Source: a virus | Length of the DNA: 64,000 bases | IMG/VR virus record: IMGVR_UViG_3300008267_000040 | Span: 1-64,000 of that record | Strand: one strand, 5' to 3' | Shown: in pieces, positions 46,027-56,435 of the stretch | Position numbering within the stretch: position 1 is the stretch's first letter | How the letters are laid out: the number at the start of each line of letters is the position of its first letter | Notes under the pieces: generated by a model | Database searches by the model: none | What the model saw: only the letters and a program-made list of their open reading frames with translations | Told to the model about the DNA's origin: nothing | Position numbers and translations under genes: made by a program

Positions 46027-46734
46027 TCAAATTTTTAGTTTCAAAAATACGGAACACCTTTGTATTCCGACACAACTCAATACTTCAAATCTTAAAACAT
46101 CACCAAGTTCTAATGTTTTTGACCATGTTGTAAGATTATCGTCTTTATTTTTATTTTGATTATTTAGGATGGGGTATTCATTTCCCACAATAGAAGAAAA
46201 ATTATTCGGAAAATTAGTATAAGATGATTTTTCAATGTCAAATGCTATTGTTCCTGTTGTTTCTGATAATATTGTCCATGATTCTAAAGTCCCAGTCACA
46301 TCTAAAGTTAAATATCCTTTATTTCCTGGAGCAATGTCCTGAGACCCATTATCAACCATAAAAACAATGGTTCTTGTTAAATCTGCCGTTGTTTGTAGAG
46401 CTATTCCAGAAAAATTTGATCCAGATACTGGTGGATTTGTAAAATATAAAGTATTTCCAGATACTTGATAATCAACGATTGGTCTTAAAACTATTCCATT
46501 AATTGAAATTACTAATTGTTGCTCATTCGCTGGTGTATATGGTTGACCATTTACTGTCAATAAAAAAGATGTAGTAGACCCATTAAATTGTAATGATATA
46601 TTATCCAATATCAAATTAGTATATTGAATACTTCTTAGAGGTGCCTCATAATTTACACCAATGTTATATTGGTCCTCTTGGACCAAATTGACATTAAAAT
46701 TAGGAGACGATACTACTACATCGTAGTTGCTCAT
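46027..46734 (-). CDS. Baseplate-associated hypothetical protein (235 aa)
   Basis: LDNIS.QFNG.TTSF.L...INGIV.RP..DY..SG module also found in the gp7-like protein. Confidence 0.65.
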   Translation of the reverse strand: MSNYDVVVSSPNFNVNLVQEDQYNIGVNYEAPLRSIQYTNLILDNISLQFNGSTTSFLLTVNGQPYTPANEQQLVISINGIVLRPIVDYQVSGNTLYFTNPPVSGSNFSGIALQTTADLTRTIVFMVDNGSQDIAPGNKGYLTLDVTGTLESWTILSETTGTIAFDIEKSSYTNFPNNFSSIVGNEYPILNNQNKNKDDNLTTWSKTLELGDVLRFEVLSCVGIQRCSVFLKLKI

Positions 46735-47066
46735 ATACTAACTCCAGGAGTAACTAAAAGACTTCCTTGAACAACTCTTGTATTATAATTTGATGGAGAT
46801 GTAATTACAACATCATAAACATATCTTCCACCTTCCATTAGTGAAGTTTCCGTTTTTGCCATTGAAACCATTATTTTTCCCTGTGTTCTATCGGGAAAAG
46901 AAATAGTAAATGGATATGTTTTTGATGAATAAGGGCTCTTTTTGATATAACTTATTGCAGTATAGTTGAATAAGTTCAATCTTGAACCATTTTCATTATA
47001 AATCGTAAAGGTACTTTGAAAATCTGCACCTTGCTCTAAAACGAGATTTATAATCTTAGCAGACAT
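46731..47066 (-). CDS. Small baseplate-associated Ig-like protein (111 aa)
   Basis: NLVLEQGADF...GRYVYDVVI...RVVQG...VTPGV; ATAAATA at 47088-47094. Confidence 0.7.
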   Translation of the reverse strand: MSAKIINLVLEQGADFQSTFTIYNENGSRLNLFNYTAISYIKKSPYSSKTYPFTISFPDRTQGKIMVSMAKTETSLMEGGRYVYDVVITSPSNYNTRVVQGSLLVTPGVSI

Positions 47067-47082
47067 TGCAAGAAGTTACTTT

Positions 47083-47286
47083 TTAGTTATTTATCCTTTC
47101 TACCAATAATTTTAGGCAATCTTTTATTTCTTGGATATCTGATTTTATGTTATCCAATTCTTCCCGTTCTTGTATTTTTCTATTTTTTATTTTCATATAC
47201 TCATTGTATTCGTGTTCATTGCAATTCAAAACTGCATTGGTCTCTTCATCTCTAAAGAGACCATTACTATCTTTTATGGGTATCAT
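47083..47286 (-). CDS. Small coiled-coil protein (67 aa)
   Basis: L.RD..T.AVLN...IK.DI.EIK..L; ATGA overlap with the 2516-aa gene. Confidence 0.7.
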   Translation of the reverse strand: MIPIKDSNGLFRDEETNAVLNCNEHEYNEYMKIKNRKIQEREELDNIKSDIQEIKDCLKLLVERINN

Positions 47287-50200
47287 AATACTGCGATTGC
47301 TCTTAGATCTTTAATTTTTGGTACAACTGATTGATTTTTTCCTGCCATGATAATTTTTATTTGGAACCCATTGAATAATGGTAGGTCTTTAGCAGTATAT
47401 TCATAACTTCTATATTCCGATTCGGAAGAAGAAGGTAAAACATTAATATCTGGAGTACCATCATTATTTTTTGGATCAATCACATTGCCATTTAAATCTA
47501 CATTTCTGAAACCAGGGAACAATTCAAATAGTTGTTGGTCATCTGGAGTGTCAGATCTCAACAATCGATACATTACTATAATTTCATTTGAAACATCTCT
47601 ATAAGCATCAAAGTAAACTTTGAGACTATCTGCACCTTTTTGCAATCTAATTACTTTGGAGATATAAATTGCAGAAGTTGGATCATCATAAAGACTATTA
47701 ACTCTAGGATCAGTTACATAATTTGCAACTGGTCTATCAAGTCTATTCATTGTTGTAATAATATTAACTCTATCCAAGTCTATAATTGGTGAAACTTTAG
47801 TATCACTAGTGGAAAGAGTCATTTCCATAACAAAGGACTTATATCCAAGATAGCTCTGAAGATTTGCAACTTCGTTGACCCTTGATGCAATAATTCTTGG
47901 ATTATCAAAGTAATTATTTGAATTCAATGATATTGATTCAAATTCTCTGGCACTAAATGGTAGTTCAGTCCCATTTACACTCTTTCCAGTCACTGTTCTA
48001 ATTTTTGCATCAAGTGATGTTGTTTCTGGAAGAAGTGATTGAATATTTGGTCTTAAACTATCAAATTGTATATTTTGAGATGCCTTTGGTCCAGAAATAG
48101 TATTTGCTCCAGATGAACCAACATTTAAATCATATGTTCCACCTGTCTTTGTTTCACTAAAGAATAATTGTGGTGGACCAAATCTTCTATCTTTTCCTTT
48201 CTCATCAGTTTTTACTTTAATATGATAACTATCTAGAGTGATTGGATATTTATTGGTATCTACATCCGCAAATGAGTGTGTTCGATTTATTCTTCTCAAA
48301 GAAATACCATTAAACTCATATTTAAATACTGGGGAGCCAGAGAAGTGGTACGGTATAACTGTGACATTAAAAACACCAGGATTGTCGATATCAATTCCTC
48401 TAGTTATACCAGTAAGAGTATTTGCATCAGAGTCATATCCAGTGTATCTGATTATTTCATTATTTACCTTGATATATCCTGGATTGTCCGATGATATCCC
48501 AATATTTTCAAAACTAGTAAAGATTCCAACAGAAGATACTTGGATACTTCCAGTTGCAGCCTGATTGAAGTCACTTACTAATTTTTGTGGAGGTACATCT
48601 GATTCAATTCCATAAAGAGTAACCAGGTTAGTATCAGAATACATTCCATGATTGTTGTGATTTACTTTGAAATGTAATCCATCAGTTAAAAGTTCAGAGT
48701 AATTTACGAGTCCATTTGAAATCGTTGATATTCCATTGCTTGGATTTACATAAGAAATCTCATTAGCAACGTTCGATGTATTGATTTCATCTTGAACTTG
48801 ATCTATAATCAATGAATTGAATGATGAAATGATTCCAACTAAATTCGGAATTGTCAATACCAAATTTCTACCAAATCCACCAGTTTGACTGCTTGGAACA
48901 GTTAATGTATCACCAATAGCATAACCTGTTCCACCAATAGATACTGTTGCTGCAATTGCAACTCCAGATTGGATAGTTAAATTAACTTTAGCACCAGAAC
49001 CTCTACCCGATAATGTGGTTAATGGAAGATTATTGTATACTGTATTTTCGGTATATCCAACTCCAGGATTCGTTATGCTGAGGTTTGAGTTAATTCCTAC
49101 AGCACCTACAATACTTGACAACTTTCCAGAGAAATTAGGATAGTTGGATTGCAATATTGTTGTTCCAGGTACTAAATTGGTAATATCGTAAGTAGATAAT
49201 GTTCCCGAAAGACCGACTAGAATTTTCTTAGAATATGCAACTATTGGATTTGGTCTTAGAGAAGCAATTTGTCTATTTCCTACACCTAAATCGGGGTTGT
49301 AGAATCGGAAACTTCCAGTGGTTGAAGTAAATTCTGCTCTATGTAGAATGAATTTTAGATCTTCCAATTGCGATGGTTCCCATGTAGCACCATTTTGCGA
49401 TTTAAACAATGAACCAAGAGTTGGTTGTTGGGAAACGATGATTTTTTCTGCTTCTGGTTTATTGATTGTCGATACATCAACTTCAGTCATTCTTGAAATC
49501 CAAACATTATATGAGTTTGAATTGGAAATCAATACGATAGCATAATCATTGCCACTTTCTAAGAATACGGGAGCAGGGAAAGTAAATGTTGTTGAGACAG
49601 AAGCATCTTCAGAAATTGTAATTTGATCTGGATTTAAAACAACTTCACCAAATGGAAGAATTTCCTGTGATGGTAAACCAAGATATGATGTTCTTAATTG
49701 TAAAGTTATAGGAATATTTGCTTCATCTTTAGTTCTGAAGAAAATTTCACATTTGGTTATGAATACACCATTGTTATCATTTACTTCAAATGTTTGGGCA
49801 AGTGGGTCTACCCATCTTCTCTGAATTACTCTAGTTGATATTACTGATCTATTTGTAAGAGTTGTATTTGCAACAAGTCTGTCTTCAGTTTCTGTTAAAG
49901 TTCTAGAATCTGTTCTAATATTTCTTTCAATATCAGCATTTCTTACTCTTAAAGTCAAACTTTCTACATTATCTACTGTTCCACTAGAAGTAAAGTTTGC
50001 TTCAGCAATACTATCAACGGAACCACCAATAGTGGAATTGGTTGAACTTGTGGTCAATGATAATGTTTTTGTTCCAGATTCAAATGTTGGATTTGATGGA
50101 ATGGTTGGATCTGGAATGAATAAAGCTCCAATAAATGTTCCAGAGGAATCGGTAACAAGTCTAATGTCTGTTACTGTTGCAATCGCATTGCTCAATGCTC

Positions 50201-53200
50201 CAACTAGTTGCATTGAAGGTGCAACAGATCCAAAGAATCTTGAATCTGCTTGGTTTTCCAAACTAGCAGTATCAACATTTAAAATAGTTGTTGTTGATGA
50301 ATATGAACCAGACAATGAACTTGTTGGATTATATGGATTTTCCTTATAGAATTCTGTTGGTTGATTGTAAGGTCCATATTTGTGATTTTGCTTAGCAAGT
50401 CTAAATGTAATTGCACGATTTACTCCAGTGACTGGCATAAATCCAGTTATAGTTTCACCTTCAATAAAGGTTCCGCTAGTCATTCTAACTTCAAGAAGTT
50501 TAGGGACCATGAATGTGGTCATGTCCCTATTGTCAAAGAATGCGTAGAATCTTGTTGATGGTTTTAATCTTCTTGCTAAAATTTCAATATTTCTAGACCT
50601 CATTAAGGTTAGGATTGCTCTAGATACAACTCTGTCCCCAAGACTAGTTGTATCAAATCTTTCACTGACTCCAAATTGTATACCCTGCCTAGTTTGTTCT
50701 GTTCTTGTTGTTACTGTATTATTTCTAAATTGAGTTAAGGAATCTTGGAAAATATCAGTAGTTGTAATTACATCCCCAGAAGATACTGTTGTTGAAGATA
50801 ATAAAGTTGATGGATTTTGTATCTGTGTGATTACAGGACCTTCAACGGTTGAAGTTCCTGTCCAGTTTGTTTCCCATGCATTCCAATTAATTGGAGATAG
50901 ACCAGTATTGGTATCAACTCCAAGCATTTGAATTGCTGTATTATAATTTCCCTCTACATCCTGAGTTCTTTCAGTTTTTCTTGTTTCTATCCAAGTGTCT
51001 GTAGATGGATTCAATTCAATAGTTCCAATCCAACTTGGGGTATTAAATGGATTTACATTTTCTGTTCTAGTTGCAAATCTATTTTCTGTATAAACTACAT
51101 CAGTATAATCTAAACAAACAATATCACCGATACGTTTTACATTTTTGGAACCAAGATCATTAGCAAATCTTAAATCCACATTTGGATTAGATGTTGTTCC
51201 AATACCAATGACTGCCTCAGACCCAAGTATTAAATCAACGGAAGTTGTATAATGTTGGGGTCTTAGAACACCGAGTGCTGTGTCTACACTTGCTTTATAT
51301 GATTGATTTGCAATGTCTCCACCATTATATGATTTAAAATTATCTACAAAAAATCCAGATTTGAATTTATCAAGACCAGTTTGTGGGTCTCTGATAGAAA
51401 GATTTTTAGTATCTGTTTCTAGTAGAGACAGTGAACTATAATATTCTACGTTTGATAATCTATTTTCAAGTCTTGAGATATCTTTCATTGTATATCTCTT
51501 GTGACTGGAAAGAGAAACTCTAACATCTTTCATATCATAAAGATATGGTGGATAGTAGAAAGTTGCAATCTCTAATGCAGAATCTAAATTGTTTGGTGCC
51601 TTTGGGGAATTTGATGGAACACCATTATTAATAATAAATGTTCCTTCTTTAGTTAGGAACAGTTTATCTATTCTTGGTAGATAATAATTGTAAGAAAGAT
51701 TTATTGTCTTATCTTTAGTGAAAATATGATTTGATGCATTTGCATTTAATGAGAATCTTCTAGATGAATATTCAAAAGGAGATTTTGTAGCAGTTGAAGC
51801 ATCAAATTGCGAAACTCTTGGTCTTAAATCAATAATATCAGTGTTTCTGTATCCATCGATAATTGGTACGTCTTTACTGTATCTATCTTTATCAAATGAA
51901 TCTGCAGAAACAAAATCACCAGGGTCAGAAGAATTAATTGTATAGTTATTAAATATAACTTTTATTTTTTTAGTAGGCGATGAAACTTCTTTTTTTCTAA
52001 TTATTCTTGAATAATCGTAGTATTCTGGTCTTTGACCATTATCCAAGATATAATTATCTTTAATATTTTTATCACCAATGGAAACAGCATTAATAGTACC
52101 AGAGATATTGGTCTCTGAAGATGTTACTCTTTCACCTAATGAAAATCTATTTTCATTTAAGTAAACAATCTCAATGCTGTTTACTCCATCATTTCCAACA
52201 TAAGCAGCAACAGCACCACTGGTACTTCCAATTATTCTTTCACCTTTTATGAAGTTATTTAAACTTGAATTTAAAGATGTGAAATAGATTCTTGGAAGTG
52301 ATGGTTCTGATGTTGTTGAAGATTCATAAATTCCAAGAATGTTAACAACATCTGGAACATTTAAAGATATTGCTTTATCTTGAACTCTAAGACCATATGG
52401 TTTTCTGTAAGTAAGACCATCATTTAATGTAGTTTTTCCAATTCCAGACGAAATTAACGATGAACCATCAATAATTATGCTTGAGCATCTGTTGAATAGT
52501 TTTTTCTTTAGTTTTGTATTTACTTTTTTATATGTTACGGTTAATATTGCTTGTCCATTTTGACTTAGATTAACTAAGCTAACAGTTCTTCCAGAAACAT
52601 AGACTTTTTGATTATCCAGAGATTCTATATTTCCATTTGAAACATATGAAAGACTGTAATCTTCTTCGTCAAATGGTTCTAAAGTTAGGTCAACGTTTGT
52701 TTCCAGATTACCATTAAATGAATTGCTGACTACTGTAATGACATATGATTTTCTTATAGAAATATCTGATGAACTTAAGTCTAAATTGGAAATATTATTA
52801 TTGCCAAGTTTAGCATACAAGAATGCATTAGATGTATTTAAAACATCTAATGTCACTTTTTTGAAGTCATTGGCAGTAATTACAGTAGAAGGTAATGTTC
52901 CATCAGAAACACCAGGAACTGTATTGGTTGGTACTAAAATTAGTTTTTTCTCTGAAGTATCAATACTTACAACTTCATTGTAGGTTGGTACAACATTTCC
53001 TTGCTTTGTATAAGAAACAATATCACCAGTTTTTATACCAACATAAAAATTGTTAGTTGAAGTTGTTACTGTACTGATTCCTGATGCCCCACTAGTGATA
53101 GTATATTGAACACCAGATTCTGTTAGGGATATTTTTTTGTTTAAAATTGGATCAGCAGTAAAAGAACCAATTCCAGCAGCAGTGTTTATACCAACAATTT

Positions 53201-54833
53201 GATGAACATCTGTTAGATTATAATCCCTAACTCTTGTTATGACTCTTCCATCTTCTATGCCGTCAATTATTAAACCTTCATCTTGCTTGAAAGAACCAGA
53301 AACTTGATATAATTTAACTATATTTGAATTGATTACATCAGAAACAACATATCCACTAGAAGAGCTATACTTTCCTTCAATAAATGTGGATGCACTTAAA
53401 GTTATTGAAGCACTTAATTCTATAACTGTATATGTTTGAATATCATAAAGTGAACAATCAAATTCACTTAATGTATTTGCATATCCAGCATTTCTTAGTT
53501 TTAAATCATAAACTCTTGCTACACCAATTTTTTCTCCAGACGCAAGACCAGGAGTTTGTGTTCTTCCAGAATAAAGAGAAATTTGAGATGTAGACCCAAA
53601 ACCAACAGGAAGAGAACCAAAAACATTATTTACTAAAATTTGTCTACCAACACTGAATGGTATGGATTGATTGACTACTTTTTCTGTAGTTCTTGGTTTT
53701 TGAAAATCTACAATAGTAGTATCAATAGTTTCAATGTCGTATCCTCTTACAACTGCCTTTCCTGGTGAAACTAATATACAACCTACAGAATCATTTGGTA
53801 CATTGCCTTGCTTTGTTTGTTGATTTTCTACAAACAAACCGTTGTTGCCAATTTGATCATTTAAAGATTCTTTTAGTGAAATATTAAATGGTCTTACATA
53901 ATAATCACCAGACTCATCATAAGTTCTTCTTGCCAGTTCATCCTTAATTAAATCATAATTAGTAGTTTTGACAAATTTTTGTAGGACACCTTTTTCTGCA
54001 CGTAGTAATTCTACAAAATTTTCATCATTAAAATCACTTAACTCTTTCTTAATTAAAGTTACATCAAACTTTAATCTATCTGCACCAGGTGCAGAAAAGT
54101 TAGAAAATCCTTGAGCATTATCAAACAAATCATTATACGAGTTTGATGCTACTGCTAATTCTTCATTAATAAGTAATCCAACTCTATACGAAGGTGAGTT
54201 TGAGTATTGGTCTAATATTACAGTTTGTGGTTCTACAGTCACAAAGAAACCACGAATAAAATATACACCAGATGCTATTTTTGCTGCGGAACCAATAGCA
54301 GTTGAATTTGAGATAATTGAAGTAGCAAAAGAAGAACCACCTCTAATAGCAGAAATTCCATAAGTTATATCATTAACTGCTAGTAAATTTTCACCATCAA
54401 TAAATGTATTGGTTGAAAAATTAGTGTCACTTGAACTTTGGTACTTAATATAAAGAGTATAGTTTTTTCTATCTGAAGTTGAATTTGAAATATAATTTTC
54501 TACTTTTGCAGTTACACCACTAGATTCACCTTTAATTAATTTTCCAACTAAACTACTAATGTACAAAGATACTGGTATCCCAAGATGAGTTTCGTCAATC
54601 TGGACGCAAGTATAATTTGAATCATAAGAAATTTGTCCAGGAATAACCATTGCACCTTCTTTGAAGAAGTGCTGTCCAAACTTCTCAATTTGATTTTGGA
54701 GAATTGTCTGTAGTGTAGTTAATTCTCTTGCTTGTATTGGAGTTGCTGGTTTAAATAGAACTCTTTGATAATTTTTCTTTGGATCAAAATCATCAAAGTA
54801 TGGAGATACATTTAAATTAGTATTCTGAGGCAT
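47283..54833 (-). CDS. Giant baseplate/virion structural protein, DUF4815/VrlC-like (2516 aa)
   Basis: NLNVSPYFDDF...QARELTTLQ, APGADRLK, LARRTYDESGDY, FKSGFFVDNF, DPLAQTF and GSLFKSQNG.TW; directly downstream of gp8. Confidence 0.85.
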   Translation of the reverse strand: MPQNTNLNVSPYFDDFDPKKNYQRVLFKPATPIQARELTTLQTILQNQIEKFGQHFFKEGAMVIPGQISYDSNYTCVQIDETHLGIPVSLYISSLVGKLIKGESSGVTAKVENYISNSTSDRKNYTLYIKYQSSSDTNFSTNTFIDGENLLAVNDITYGISAIRGGSSFATSIISNSTAIGSAAKIASGVYFIRGFFVTVEPQTVILDQYSNSPSYRVGLLINEELAVASNSYNDLFDNAQGFSNFSAPGADRLKFDVTLIKKELSDFNDENFVELLRAEKGVLQKFVKTTNYDLIKDELARRTYDESGDYYVRPFNISLKESLNDQIGNNGLFVENQQTKQGNVPNDSVGCILVSPGKAVVRGYDIETIDTTIVDFQKPRTTEKVVNQSIPFSVGRQILVNNVFGSLPVGFGSTSQISLYSGRTQTPGLASGEKIGVARVYDLKLRNAGYANTLSEFDCSLYDIQTYTVIELSASITLSASTFIEGKYSSSSGYVVSDVINSNIVKLYQVSGSFKQDEGLIIDGIEDGRVITRVRDYNLTDVHQIVGINTAAGIGSFTADPILNKKISLTESGVQYTITSGASGISTVTTSTNNFYVGIKTGDIVSYTKQGNVVPTYNEVVSIDTSEKKLILVPTNTVPGVSDGTLPSTVITANDFKKVTLDVLNTSNAFLYAKLGNNNISNLDLSSSDISIRKSYVITVVSNSFNGNLETNVDLTLEPFDEEDYSLSYVSNGNIESLDNQKVYVSGRTVSLVNLSQNGQAILTVTYKKVNTKLKKKLFNRCSSIIIDGSSLISSGIGKTTLNDGLTYRKPYGLRVQDKAISLNVPDVVNILGIYESSTTSEPSLPRIYFTSLNSSLNNFIKGERIIGSTSGAVAAYVGNDGVNSIEIVYLNENRFSLGERVTSSETNISGTINAVSIGDKNIKDNYILDNGQRPEYYDYSRIIRKKEVSSPTKKIKVIFNNYTINSSDPGDFVSADSFDKDRYSKDVPIIDGYRNTDIIDLRPRVSQFDASTATKSPFEYSSRRFSLNANASNHIFTKDKTINLSYNYYLPRIDKLFLTKEGTFIINNGVPSNSPKAPNNLDSALEIATFYYPPYLYDMKDVRVSLSSHKRYTMKDISRLENRLSNVEYYSSLSLLETDTKNLSIRDPQTGLDKFKSGFFVDNFKSYNGGDIANQSYKASVDTALGVLRPQHYTTSVDLILGSEAVIGIGTTSNPNVDLRFANDLGSKNVKRIGDIVCLDYTDVVYTENRFATRTENVNPFNTPSWIGTIELNPSTDTWIETRKTERTQDVEGNYNTAIQMLGVDTNTGLSPINWNAWETNWTGTSTVEGPVITQIQNPSTLLSSTTVSSGDVITTTDIFQDSLTQFRNNTVTTRTEQTRQGIQFGVSERFDTTSLGDRVVSRAILTLMRSRNIEILARRLKPSTRFYAFFDNRDMTTFMVPKLLEVRMTSGTFIEGETITGFMPVTGVNRAITFRLAKQNHKYGPYNQPTEFYKENPYNPTSSLSGSYSSTTTILNVDTASLENQADSRFFGSVAPSMQLVGALSNAIATVTDIRLVTDSSGTFIGALFIPDPTIPSNPTFESGTKTLSLTTSSTNSTIGGSVDSIAEANFTSSGTVDNVESLTLRVRNADIERNIRTDSRTLTETEDRLVANTTLTNRSVISTRVIQRRWVDPLAQTFEVNDNNGVFITKCEIFFRTKDEANIPITLQLRTSYLGLPSQEILPFGEVVLNPDQITISEDASVSTTFTFPAPVFLESGNDYAIVLISNSNSYNVWISRMTEVDVSTINKPEAEKIIVSQQPTLGSLFKSQNGATWEPSQLEDLKFILHRAEFTSTTGSFRFYNPDLGVGNRQIASLRPNPIVAYSKKILVGLSGTLSTYDITNLVPGTTILQSNYPNFSGKLSSIVGAVGINSNLSITNPGVGYTENTVYNNLPLTTLSGRGSGAKVNLTIQSGVAIAATVSIGGTGYAIGDTLTVPSSQTGGFGRNLVLTIPNLVGIISSFNSLIIDQVQDEINTSNVANEISYVNPSNGISTISNGLVNYSELLTDGLHFKVNHNNHGMYSDTNLVTLYGIESDVPPQKLVSDFNQAATGSIQVSSVGIFTSFENIGISSDNPGYIKVNNEIIRYTGYDSDANTLTGITRGIDIDNPGVFNVTVIPYHFSGSPVFKYEFNGISLRRINRTHSFADVDTNKYPITLDSYHIKVKTDEKGKDRRFGPPQLFFSETKTGGTYDLNVGSSGANTISGPKASQNIQFDSLRPNIQSLLPETTSLDAKIRTVTGKSVNGTELPFSAREFESISLNSNNYFDNPRIIASRVNEVANLQSYLGYKSFVMEMTLSTSDTKVSPIIDLDRVNIITTMNRLDRPVANYVTDPRVNSLYDDPTSAIYISKVIRLQKGADSLKVYFDAYRDVSNEIIVMYRLLRSDTPDDQQLFELFPGFRNVDLNGNVIDPKNNDGTPDINVLPSSSESEYRSYEYTAKDLPLFNGFQIKIIMAGKNQSVVPKIKDLRAIAVL

Positions 54834-54839
54834 TTTTCT

Positions 54840-56405
54840 TTAGAACTCCAATACGATTTTAATATCTTCTTTTTGGCTTGCTGATCTTGGAATTGCCTTT
54901 CTGTTATCGATATAAATTATATCACCAGATTTTTTGTTATATTCTGCCGATGATATTCCAGCAACAAAATTGCTTCCCAACTGGTATGTCCTACTATTTA
55001 TTACTGTACTAATACCCGTAAAGTTTCTATCAATTGATAATGCTGGACCAACAATATTAGGACAATTTATTGTATACGAACCACCAGCAATAGCAGATGA
55101 GGTAAATCCATAAATTCTGTATCCAACACCAACTGTAGCAAGACCAACTGGTTGATAATATTTTAAAACACCAGTTACATTATCCCAAGAAGCAACAAAT
55201 CCAATTGCTGTCATACCTGTACCAATTGTTTGCCTAATTACAGAGTCTACTGGATATGTAGTTTGAGTTGTTAATCCAGAAAGTTTTATAGAATTTAAAG
55301 CACTTACCTGCCCTAAACTCAATCTTTCTGTATCACTACCAAAAATTGTTGGATTTTTTATAATTCCGATTCTGGCAAAATCGTTTCCAAGAATAATATC
55401 TGGATTTTGTTCATCGGTTAGATATCTGGAATAAACCAACACTCGATATGCACCAAGTTCTCTGTAAATATTATATCCATGTCCTCCTTTTGGTGGAATA
55501 ATAACATCAAATGTCGCAATTCTTCCATCATTTGACAATTCTGATGGAATTCCAGGAGCACCAGGTTGGAATTTGATAATACCTTTTGTGTAACCAGATC
55601 CACCATCTGTAACAAAGACTTCAGACACTTTTCCAAAAGAATCTACTGTTATTGTTGCCTTTCCTCCAACTCCATCACCAAGAATTGGAATATTTGTAAA
55701 TGATTTTGAAATGGGTTGATAATTTATTCCTCTATCTGTGATAGTAACAATCTCAACTTTACCATTAACTGCATTATTTTTTGTTGCAATAGTCTCACCA
55801 ACTTCTCCCCAACTTTCTGGGACTGGAATGAATTCAATAGAATCAAATTTCACAATTTCAGATGGTTTAATTGTGAATAGATATTTCCAAATATACCCAT
55901 CACCACTTGTTCCTGCTGGTCTTGCCTCTAAGTCAATAAATGTTGGTTGGTCAAATGATGGTCTTCCATTTGGGTTTTCTGGATCAGTTCCATTTTGAAG
56001 ACAAATATAAACTCTAAAATCTTCATTAATTACATAAAAATTTGATTCGTATAAACTTGGTTGATTCGTTACTGGAGTTTTCTTATAAATTGAATAATCA
56101 TGTCTGTACATTTCATAAGTTGTTCCAGAAGTCCACTGGACTTTTCTAATCATCCTCCTTACATCTTCATTTGTAATTTTTTTCATAGCAATGATGGTTT
56201 CTTTGACCTGATTTTCTTCGTCAAATCCGTCCAATGGAGTCAATCCATCACCCCAAATAGCAGATCCACCTGCCTGTGGATTTAAACTATTTGGTTGACC
56301 AATAAAGGTATAATAATTATTTGCAGTATTACCAACTGAAACTAGACTTTTTACAAAGGTTTCAGCATTCATCACCCTAAATTGTTCAGTTATGATAGCA
56401 GGCAT
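54840..56405 (-). CDS. gp8: Baseplate wedge subunit gp8
   Basis: MPAIITEQFR start, W.SGTTY..Y, VY.CL.NG, DGYIWKYLFTI and IIYIDNR.AI.RS.SQKEDIKIVLEF; CTAAATA at 56427-56433. Confidence 0.9.
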   Translation of the reverse strand: MPAIITEQFRVMNAETFVKSLVSVGNTANNYYTFIGQPNSLNPQAGGSAIWGDGLTPLDGFDEENQVKETIIAMKKITNEDVRRMIRKVQWTSGTTYEMYRHDYSIYKKTPVTNQPSLYESNFYVINEDFRVYICLQNGTDPENPNGRPSFDQPTFIDLEARPAGTSGDGYIWKYLFTIKPSEIVKFDSIEFIPVPESWGEVGETIATKNNAVNGKVEIVTITDRGINYQPISKSFTNIPILGDGVGGKATITVDSFGKVSEVFVTDGGSGYTKGIIKFQPGAPGIPSELSNDGRIATFDVIIPPKGGHGYNIYRELGAYRVLVYSRYLTDEQNPDIILGNDFARIGIIKNPTIFGSDTERLSLGQVSALNSIKLSGLTTQTTYPVDSVIRQTIGTGMTAIGFVASWDNVTGVLKYYQPVGLATVGVGYRIYGFTSSAIAGGSYTINCPNIVGPALSIDRNFTGISTVINSRTYQLGSNFVAGISSAEYNKKSGDIIYIDNRKAIPRSASQKEDIKIVLEF

Positions 56406-56435
56406 TTTATACAACCGTTTTTTCTTTATTTAGTT

